Shown one piece after another: positions 54,417 to 62,009 of a DNA stretch of 64,000 nt. The stretch spans positions 3,626 through 67,625 of the forward strand of contig CAKOKS010000004.1 of the NCBI GenBank assembly GCA_934095845.1, written 5' to 3'. The position numbers and the translations under genes are program-made. This DNA is from an uncultured Bacilli bacterium. GTDB taxonomy: Bacteria; Bacillota_I; Bacilli_A; RF39; UBA660. The notes below the pieces were generated by a model, which searched no databases, was not told the DNA's origin, and saw only the letters and a list, made by a program, of their open reading frames with translations. How positions within the stretch are numbered: position 1 is the first letter of the stretch; each line of letters opens with the position of its first letter.

Positions 54417-55256
54417 ATGGCAAAGAAAAAAAGAAAAAATAGGGTTAATAGTAAAGAAAATATTAAAAGAGCTAAAGTAATAAAATCTTATAAAGCAAAT
54501 TTGAGTTTATTAGAATGTAGAATAAATGAACAAGAAAAAGTAGCCAAAAAGGCAAAAAATATCAAGAATTTGCGTATTACTAAATATGCTTTAAAAAAAT
54601 CATTATCATATATTCTTATATCTGGTTTAATAATTGCAGGATCAAAGAGAATTGGTTTAGGTTATCCATTTTATCGTGATCAAAAAGCAAAAGAAGCGAA
54701 TTATAGTTTAGAAAGAGATATTGATGGTTTAATTTTAGCAGATAAAATTTATGAATATTATACAATTTTTTCTAAACCAACTTCTAAAATAATAGTTTAT
54801 TCTCCATGGAAAGAATTATCTAATGGTAAATGTGAAAGAGAAAAAACAACTTATAAATTAGAAGCAAATAAAGAAATATATGACGCTTTCTTTAAAGAAG
54901 ATTATGCATTTATATTTGATAACTTAAAAGAAGTAGATAAAGAAACAGAAGTTTCTCATGATGAAAATACTGAGTATAAATTTCTTATTGAAGCTAGTAT
55001 AAATTTTAATGATAAAGAAGATCGTATTTATTGTTTAGAAAGTCTTCAAGATAATGTTTGCTGTAGTATAACAATTTTGATGTTGCTTGTATATATAAAT
55101 GCTTTTAAAGCTTATATGGATTTAAAAACATATGAAGAAACTATAAATGAATATAAGGAAGAATATGAAAAAGAAATTGAAAAATTAGAAGAATTAAAAA
55201 ATAAACATACTGAAGCTAAAAAGCATTTGGAATTTATTAAGATGAATGGGTGTTAA
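54417..55256 (+). CDS. Membrane protein: Lys-rich coiled coil, TM, ~150-aa ectodomain, TM, coiled coil
   Basis: TM1 is ..LSYILISGLIIAGS.. and TM2 is ..CCSITILMLLVYINAF... The C-terminal heptad-like region is ..EEYEKEIEKLEELKNKHTEAKK... Confidence 0.55.
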   Translation: MAKKKRKNRVNSKENIKRAKVIKSYKANLSLLECRINEQEKVAKKAKNIKNLRITKYALKKSLSYILISGLIIAGSKRIGLGYPFYRDQKAKEANYSLERDIDGLILADKIYEYYTIFSKPTSKIIVYSPWKELSNGKCEREKTTYKLEANKEIYDAFFKEDYAFIFDNLKEVDKETEVSHDENTEYKFLIEASINFNDKEDRIYCLESLQDNVCCSITILMLLVYINAFKAYMDLKTYEETINEYKEEYEKEIEKLEELKNKHTEAKKHLEFIKMNGC

Positions 55257-55258
55257 TT

Positions 55259-56077
55259 ATGAGAAAGAATGTCGTTGATCAATATATAAGAGATACTAAA
55301 AGTTTAGAATATAAAGTAAAATATCCTGATCTTTTTAATGCCTATTATAAAATATTAGAAATATCTACTAAATTTGGTATTATCAGTGCCCCTAATATTA
55401 TTTCTCTTTTTGTTGTATCTTGGATAGTTTCATCAATTATGGGTTCATTTAATCATTCACCATTTGAGTTAGATGAAAAAGAAGTGTTTGCTAATTCAAA
55501 AACAACTTATTATGGAATTGAAAAAAGTATTGATACCATATCCTTTGATAAAAGTTTTACTAATTCATTAGAATATACTACAGGATGGAAAGAAATAGGT
55601 AATGGTTTTTATGAAAGAACTATTACATATTATAATATTCCTGCTGAAGGAGAAATAAATAATAAAGAAGAGATATTATCTTTATCTAAAGAAGCAATGG
55701 ATGAACTTTTTGAAACTAATAACATTGAGACAGTTTCAAAAAATTATTTAACTGATGAAGATAATAGATTTAATGAAGAAACAGTTGTTTTAGAAATCAA
55801 TAATGGTAAAAGTGAAAAAGATGTAAAAATTGAAAAACAGTCTATTTCAGAACAAATATTTTTAGATGGTCTTGTTCATTTTCTTATTTCTTTCATTGGT
55901 GGTAATTTAATGGGAAATTTTATAAAAGAGAAAATTTTAAAAAGAAAAATGGTAATAAAAAGTAGAAAATATATAGATAAAAATGACTTAGAAGAAATGA
56001 AAAAAGTAATTGAGTTTAGAAAACAAAATATAGAATTGCTAGAAGATAATAAAAGATTAAAGAAGGTGTTGAAATAA
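55259..56077 (+). CDS. Membrane protein with the same TM-ectodomain-TM-coiled-coil architecture
   Basis: TM1 is ..IISLFVVSWIVSSIMG.. and TM2 is ..LVHFLISFIGGNLMGNFI.., with a C-terminal coiled coil. It overlaps the upstream gene's stop. Confidence 0.55.
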   Translation: MRKNVVDQYIRDTKSLEYKVKYPDLFNAYYKILEISTKFGIISAPNIISLFVVSWIVSSIMGSFNHSPFELDEKEVFANSKTTYYGIEKSIDTISFDKSFTNSLEYTTGWKEIGNGFYERTITYYNIPAEGEINNKEEILSLSKEAMDELFETNNIETVSKNYLTDEDNRFNEETVVLEINNGKSEKDVKIEKQSISEQIFLDGLVHFLISFIGGNLMGNFIKEKILKRKMVIKSRKYIDKNDLEEMKKVIEFRKQNIELLEDNKRLKKVLK

Positions 56078-57075
56078 TGGAACTTTTTAAAAGTGATGGT
56101 AATGATTCATTTTCAACATTAAATCGTACAGATTTAAGAGAATTGCTAATTTATTTAAGTAAATATTTTATAACATATCGTGAAACACTTGAATTACCTG
56201 ATTATATTACATTTGGAACTGAAATTGAATTTGAGCAAGGTAGCAGTGATACTTTATATAAGATAAGTAAATTCATGAATCGAAATTACAAATCGTGGGA
56301 AGTTAAAAGTGATGATTCTTTAGAAGATGGTGGAGATGAATTAGCGTCACCAATTTTAATTGATGAAAAAACTGTTTGGACTGATCTTAAAACTATATGT
56401 GACTATCTTAAGAGTGAAGGTTGTAAAGCAGATAAATATGCTGGAGCACATATTCATTATGGAGCAATGATTTTAGGAAATGATTATACTAAATGGAAAG
56501 ATTTTATAAAATTGTATGTTCCTTATGAACATATATTATATAGATTTGCTTATGGAGAAATGACTTCATTTAGAAGAGAGGGATATCATTATGCATATCC
56601 AACAATTGATCTTTTAAAAGAACTTTATAAAAAAAATAAAAAACTATGTTTTAGTGAATTTATTAAGTTATTTAAATCTTATAATAAGTATAATGGCGTG
56701 AATTTGGTAATTAGAGAAGATGGAAAAAATCCAATTGGTCAAAAAGATACAATAGAATTTAGAAATCCAAATGGAACAATAAATTCCATTGTTTGGCAAA
56801 ATAATATAAATGCTTATGGTAAGCTTTTAAAAGCAATTAGAGAAGAAACTTTAGATATAAAATTTTTAAATTATAAATTTGAACATTCAATTAAACCATA
56901 TAAAGAAATTAAATTTTTATATAATGAAATAGATTTAAAAAATGTACTTGAATTTGTTGATTTAATATTTGATAATAATTTAGATAAATTAAATTTTTTA
57001 AGACAATATCTTGGAAATTTTAAAGGAGGCTATGAAGATGAAGAACATGTTTATAAAAAATGTTTTACAAAATAG
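56077..57075 (+). CDS. Glutamine-synthetase-like amidoligase (Amidoligase_2 family)
   Basis: The motif series ..FGTEIEFE.., ..GDELASP.., ..AGAHIHYG.. and ..TIEFRNPNGT.. matches the putative-amidoligase family pattern. Confidence 0.6.
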   Translation: MELFKSDGNDSFSTLNRTDLRELLIYLSKYFITYRETLELPDYITFGTEIEFEQGSSDTLYKISKFMNRNYKSWEVKSDDSLEDGGDELASPILIDEKTVWTDLKTICDYLKSEGCKADKYAGAHIHYGAMILGNDYTKWKDFIKLYVPYEHILYRFAYGEMTSFRREGYHYAYPTIDLLKELYKKNKKLCFSEFIKLFKSYNKYNGVNLVIREDGKNPIGQKDTIEFRNPNGTINSIVWQNNINAYGKLLKAIREETLDIKFLNYKFEHSIKPYKEIKFLYNEIDLKNVLEFVDLIFDNNLDKLNFLRQYLGNFKGGYEDEEHVYKKCFTK

Positions 57076-57550
57076 AAAATTTTATTATTTAGCATATGGA
57101 AGTAATTTGAATTTATATAATCTTTCAAATATGAGTCAAGGAGCAAGAGTTGTAGGCACTTCTAAGCTGAATGGATATCGTTTAGTATTTAAAGGTGGTG
57201 CAGATAAATATGCTTATTTAACTATTGAAAAATGTCCAGAATCAAGTGTACCTTTAGGTATATTTTCTATACCAATGGAAGATATGGAAGCATTAGATAA
57301 ATATGAAGGTTATCCTGAATTATATGATAGGGTTACAATGCCAGTTATAATTGACGGTAAAAAAGAAGAAGCATATATTTATATAATGAAATCAGAATTT
57401 GGTTATCATTTACCTTCAAAAAGTTATATCACTATATGTGAAGAAGGATATGAAGACTTTGGCTTTGACTATAAATTTCTGGATCAAGCTTTAGAAACAA
57501 CTAAAGATAATATATCATCAAGTTTAACAAAAAGATTAACAATAGATTAA
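57032..57550 (+). CDS. Gamma-glutamylcyclotransferase / AIG2-like protein
   Basis: ATG at 57032 follows AAGGAGG. ..YYLAYGSNLN.., ..GYRLVF.., ..ALDKYEGYPELYDR.. and ..AYIYIM.. are GGCT/AIG2 hallmarks. It overlaps the amidoligase 3' end by 44 nt. Confidence 0.7.
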   Translation: MKMKNMFIKNVLQNRKFYYLAYGSNLNLYNLSNMSQGARVVGTSKLNGYRLVFKGGADKYAYLTIEKCPESSVPLGIFSIPMEDMEALDKYEGYPELYDRVTMPVIIDGKKEEAYIYIMKSEFGYHLPSKSYITICEEGYEDFGFDYKFLDQALETTKDNISSSLTKRLTID

Positions 57551-57572
57551 CGTGTTAAAAACACGTTTTTTT
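57551..57572 (+). terminator. Rho-independent terminator (duplicate of 21879-21900)
   Basis: cgtgtt-aaaa-acacg followed by TTTTTTT. Confidence 0.7.
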
Positions 57573-57626
57573 GTTTGTATTAAATTATTAGGTTCTAATT
57601 TTGTTGACAGTAGATAAAAGTAAAAT

Positions 57627-57709
57627 AAAAAAGCACCTTTTCTTTTAAAAAAGGTGCAAACTAGCATTTGTGGTAAGCATCGCGTCCTAAAGAAACTTTG
57701 CTTCTCACT
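57627..57709 (-). ncRNA. Candidate antisense/sRNA (copy 2, no partner small ORF)
   Basis: The minus strand carries TTTACA-17 nt-(TGt)TATATT at 57744-57716. The 5' half is homologous to copy 1. It has its own hairpin gcacctttt/aaaaggtgc (57657-57633) plus U6. Confidence 0.4.
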
Positions 57710-57822
57710 AAATAAAATATAACATAATACATATAAAATGTAAACCTTTACACATAATAGAAATATTAAATAAAATCTACAATTAATATATTGTATAATA
57801 ATGCTAGAATGGTGTGTGTAAA

Positions 57823-59031
57823 ATGAAAAAGAGAGGAATTGTTTTTGCTATATTATTATTAGCAGTAGGATTTGCTGCCGTATCGACAACGTTGATAATA
57901 ACTGGAACAACAAAAATAAGTGAAAATGCTGATGATTTTAGTGCTATCTTCACAAAAGCAACATTAGATGGAATAGATGTGTATGCAAGTGTAATAGATG
58001 ATACAAAGAAAATCATTACATTTGAAACAAGTGATTTAACAACATTAAATCAAACTTCAGTATTAAATTATGAAATAACAAATAATTCGGCAAACTATGA
58101 TGCGGTAGTACAAGTTATGTGTAAAGTAAAAGATGATGCTGAAGCTAAATACACAAGTATCAAAAATGAACTTGAAGGAAATGCAACGAAAGTATTAGCC
58201 AAAGAAGTATTAAATGGAACATTAACAATAACCTTAAATAAAACAGCAACAGAAGAAGTAAAAGAAGAATATGTATGTGAGTTAACATTTAATGCAGTAG
58301 AAAGAAATGAATTAGGTAAAAATATTTCTGATCCAGTATCATTCACAACTGATAATTGGAAAACAATACAAAAAGCAGTTCAAACAGGAAACACAAATTT
58401 ATACAATGTAGGAGATATAAAAGAAGTGGATTTGGGAGATTTAGGAACACACACAGTAAGAATATCAAATATGAGTGCATGTACAACAGAAACAAGTGAA
58501 ACAGCATGTGGATTTGTGGTGGAGTTTTCGGATATAATTACAAAACAATCATTTAATAGCACTGCAACAAATGTAGGAGGATGGAGAGATTCAGAATTAC
58601 GTACATATATAAACAATATTGTATATAATTCATTACCAAGTGACTTACAAAATGTAATAGTTACAACAAAAGTAATATCAGGACATGGAAGTACAAGTGG
58701 AGAAACCAACTTTGAAACACAAGATAAATTATATTTATTGAGTGCTCATGAAGTGTATGAAAATGGAATAAACAGTAATATAACAACAAGCATAAGAGAT
58801 ACTGCATATCATCAAACTAAGCAATTAGACTATTATAAAACTTTAAATGTAAATGATGACAGTTATTCTAATGCTATTAAAGAAAATAATGGCAATAGTA
58901 GTTATTGGTGGCTACGTTCAGCTTATTCTATATTTAATAATTCTTTTGTAAGTGTCCGTTCGGATGGTAATTGGATAAACGAAGTTGCGAATGCTTCTTA
59001 TGGTATCTCACCTGCTTTCCGAATCGCATAA
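57823..59031 (+). CDS. Secreted protein: shared N-terminal module plus DUF6273-like C-terminal domain (paralogue of 22361..23545)
   Basis: MKKRGIVFAILLLAVGFAAVSTTLIITGTTKISEN.., ..DKLYLLSAHEV.., ..YWWLRSAYS.. and the terminal ..SPAFRIA. Confidence 0.7.
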   Translation: MKKRGIVFAILLLAVGFAAVSTTLIITGTTKISENADDFSAIFTKATLDGIDVYASVIDDTKKIITFETSDLTTLNQTSVLNYEITNNSANYDAVVQVMCKVKDDAEAKYTSIKNELEGNATKVLAKEVLNGTLTITLNKTATEEVKEEYVCELTFNAVERNELGKNISDPVSFTTDNWKTIQKAVQTGNTNLYNVGDIKEVDLGDLGTHTVRISNMSACTTETSETACGFVVEFSDIITKQSFNSTATNVGGWRDSELRTYINNIVYNSLPSDLQNVIVTTKVISGHGSTSGETNFETQDKLYLLSAHEVYENGINSNITTSIRDTAYHQTKQLDYYKTLNVNDDSYSNAIKENNGNSSYWWLRSAYSIFNNSFVSVRSDGNWINEVANASYGISPAFRIA

Positions 59032-59034
59032 CTT

Positions 59035-59060
59035 AAAGAAGATTAATTCTTCTTTTTTTT
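59035..59060 (+). terminator. Rho-independent terminator
   Basis: aaagaaga-ttaa-ttcttctt stem running into a T8 tract. Confidence 0.6.
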
Positions 59061-59080
59061 ATTTGTTCATATAATTAAAT

Positions 59081-59260
59081 ATGAATAAGTTATTATTAGA
59101 AATTATATTAATAGTTATAATTGGTTTTTCAGTAAGTATATGTATACTTTACTTAAATTATTTTGAAGTAGGGTATAATTTTTTTGATTATGTTAAACAT
59201 AGTCTTGTATATATATTATCTATATTAATTAGTTCTTTTGTTTTATATAGAATAAAATAG
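59081..59260 (+). CDS. Possible 59-aa two-TM small membrane protein
   Basis: ATG..TAG ORF MNKLLLEIILIVIIGFSVSICILYLNYFEVGYNFFDYVKHSLVYILSILISSFVLYRIK. No clear SD. It is below the size cut-off of the supplied ORF track. Confidence 0.3.
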   Translation: MNKLLLEIILIVIIGFSVSICILYLNYFEVGYNFFDYVKHSLVYILSILISSFVLYRIK

Positions 59261-59269
59261 GGAGGTCAT

Positions 59270-59824
59270 ATGAAATATTATTATGATATAATTTTAAATT
59301 TTAATGAATATCCAATAAATTATTATGAATGGGAAAAAGATGATGATATAGAAAGATTTATTAAAATTAAAGTTATTAAAGTTGATGATGTTAAAGATTT
59401 TATTTTATACAATATGAATATTGAACTTGCTGATGATGTTTATGTATTAAGTGATGGAGTTAATTCAATTGCAATTGAAGTCATTTCTAAACATGTTGCA
59501 TATATATCAAGTCTTACTTATGAAGATGAATTAAATGTATGTAATTTAGCTAAAAAAATGGAAGTTCAAGATATTAAATATAAAATAATTGATAAAAGAA
59601 AAATTATTCATGAACTTAGAAATAATATAATTATAAAAAAATGTTTATTAAATACAATAAAAGAGAGTAATGAGTATTTACTTAAATATATGTATTTAGA
59701 AGTAACAGATCATGATTCTAATGATTTAGATAAAATAAAAAAATATTTAGTTAATGATATAAATCATAATTTAGATGACAAGTATATAGAATTATATAGA
59801 AAAATAATTAAAAAGAATATATAA
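59270..59824 (+). CDS. Hypothetical protein
   Basis: GGGAGG SD, 184 aa. No family recognised. Confidence 0.55.
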   Translation: MKYYYDIILNFNEYPINYYEWEKDDDIERFIKIKVIKVDDVKDFILYNMNIELADDVYVLSDGVNSIAIEVISKHVAYISSLTYEDELNVCNLAKKMEVQDIKYKIIDKRKIIHELRNNIIIKKCLLNTIKESNEYLLKYMYLEVTDHDSNDLDKIKKYLVNDINHNLDDKYIELYRKIIKKNI

Positions 59825-59840
59825 TTAAATTGGTGATAAT

Positions 59841-60224
59841 ATGCATTTAATTTTTATGCTTTTATTAATATTGTTAATAATATTAGTAATTATATTTACA
59901 GTTTTAATTTATAATGAATTAATTAGACTTAGAAATGAGGTTACTAAGAATTGGCATATTGTATCTGATTTAATAGATGAATATGTTTTTAATTCTAAAA
60001 CAGCTAATAAGGAAGAATATAATAAATTAATTGCTGTAGATGATATAATAAATTATTATTATAAAGTAAAAGATGAAGACAATGAGATATCAGATAAAAT
60101 TGTTAAAGCTAAAAGAATTTATAATGATTATGCTCTTGCTTTAAATAATAAAATAATGCTTTTTCCGTTTAATATAGTTGCATCAATATTTTCATTTTCT
60201 AAATGGCCTTATTTTAGAGATTAA
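59841..60224 (+). CDS. LemA-like membrane protein (short)
   Basis: An N-terminal TM is followed by ..YNELIRLRNEVTKNWHIV.., resembling the LemA N-terminal pattern. Truncated relative to typical LemA. Confidence 0.4.
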   Translation: MHLIFMLLLILLIILVIIFTVLIYNELIRLRNEVTKNWHIVSDLIDEYVFNSKTANKEEYNKLIAVDDIINYYYKVKDEDNEISDKIVKAKRIYNDYALALNNKIMLFPFNIVASIFSFSKWPYFRD

Positions 60225-60236
60225 AAAAGCTCCAGA

Positions 60237-61892
60237 TTATTCTGGAGTTTTTACATCTTCTTCACTTTCTAATACAGCATGTACTACATGTCTTGTTGTA
60301 TGAGAAAAACACGTTGATAAAGTTAATATCTTTGAATTCTCATTTAATTCTACATTAAAGTTATTTATACTTCTATTTTTTAACATATTTAAGAAATCCA
60401 TATATTCTTCATTACTGTCAAATTCAGTTTTTAAATAATCTTCTGTAGCTGGTATTCTATATATTGAAAATATACGCCATTTCATATTTTTAGTTGGAGT
60501 ATTAAAAGTAATAACTTGATTACTTTCTTTTTTATACCAACTACTATTTAAAGCATATTTTAATGTCCCAAACATAATACCTTGTTTAATATTATGTCCA
60601 TATATAATGGTATTTTTATTTAATTCTTTAGCATCATTTCTATAATCCATGAAAATCCAACCCATGGAATTTTTTCTTTTATTAAAGTCACGATTTAAAT
60701 AATATGAATTAGTTGAAGCTTGAACAACTGGATAATTTATCTTTGTATTATTTACACTTAAATAACCAACAGTATCACTGTTTTTCTTTAGTAATTCATC
60801 AAATATTTGAGAATAATTTACATAATATGCACTTGAATAAGAAGAACCTGCTTTTTTAGTAGTAGTTACTTCTGTATCACGATCATCTATAAAATCAACA
60901 TCCGATTCATTATCATCAACTGAATTATTACTACTAGCATCATCAATAATTTTATTAATATCAATTAATTCTTTTTCAATTGTATTATTATCTTTAAACT
61001 GAACGTAGTAGTCTAACATTAAAGTAACTAAACCAACACCAATTATAAATATAATAATTGCTGAAAACATTTTAAAATTAATTTCTTTAAATAAATTATT
61101 CTTTTTATAACTTTCTGAATAATTAAGTTTAAATGTTATATTATTTTCTTCTATATAATCTTTATTAACTTTTTTTAAATAATTTACAGAATTATAAATT
61201 GTTTTTAAATCATTATCTTTTTCTTCTATTTCTATACGAATATTACTTTTCTTATTTGTAACTAACTCATTCATTAGTAGGGTAAGTAATTCATTAGAGT
61301 ATTTTATGATTTTTATATTTTTTAATCTATTATTTAAATTCATAAATGTTTTTACATCTTCATAATCTGTATCATCTGTAATAATAATATATTTTTTATA
61401 ATAAATATCTGAAAAAGAATTAATAGAATTTATTTTCATAAATTTAGATGTTGATTCTAATTTATTTCTAACATTAACAATAACTTTCTTATTAACATCA
61501 AGTCTTTCAATTAAATAAGTTGGCATTTTAAAACAATCAATGCTTTCAATATATTTATTATCTAGAATAAGCATAAATATATCCATATTTATAGATTTAT
61601 CTTCTTTGAAAGTTATATTTTTTATATGTTCCCAAGTATTTATAAGTTTTAAAGAAATAGGAGCAATATCATTGGTAGAAATAACTACATTTTCAATATT
61701 ACTTTTAATTATAGTTACATTTAAAAATGATGACACTAATTCTAAATTTTCAAGTATGTAGGAGTAAGAAAACTTTAATTCTTTTAAATTAATAACGTTG
61801 GTATTATTTAAATCTTTTTTTTCAATAGTTTTTTTTATTTTAGAAATTATAATTGTATTTCCTGATAATTTAAAAGACAAATTAAAGTCCAT
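60237..61892 (-). CDS. srtB: Class B sortase with a ~280-aa N-terminal cytoplasmic extension
   Basis: Start at the ATG 6 nt after AAGGAGG. The C-terminal ~210 aa carry ..INYPVVQ.., ..IFMDYRN.., ..IIYGHN.. and ..ILTLSTC..R.VVHAVL, the SrtB pattern. A single TM lies at ~aa 285-305. Confidence 0.7.
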   Translation of the reverse strand: MDFNLSFKLSGNTIIISKIKKTIEKKDLNNTNVINLKELKFSYSYILENLELVSSFLNVTIIKSNIENVVISTNDIAPISLKLINTWEHIKNITFKEDKSINMDIFMLILDNKYIESIDCFKMPTYLIERLDVNKKVIVNVRNKLESTSKFMKINSINSFSDIYYKKYIIITDDTDYEDVKTFMNLNNRLKNIKIIKYSNELLTLLMNELVTNKKSNIRIEIEEKDNDLKTIYNSVNYLKKVNKDYIEENNITFKLNYSESYKKNNLFKEINFKMFSAIIIFIIGVGLVTLMLDYYVQFKDNNTIEKELIDINKIIDDASSNNSVDDNESDVDFIDDRDTEVTTTKKAGSSYSSAYYVNYSQIFDELLKKNSDTVGYLSVNNTKINYPVVQASTNSYYLNRDFNKRKNSMGWIFMDYRNDAKELNKNTIIYGHNIKQGIMFGTLKYALNSSWYKKESNQVITFNTPTKNMKWRIFSIYRIPATEDYLKTEFDSNEEYMDFLNMLKNRSINNFNVELNENSKILTLSTCFSHTTRHVVHAVLESEEDVKTPE

Positions 61893-62009
61893 AAACATCC
61901 TCCTTATTCTCAATAATTATTTTATCATAAAATAATTATTAATTCTATATTGATTATTTATAAATTTAATAATATACTAAGTTTAGGTGTTTTAGATTTG
62001 GGTGGTTTT

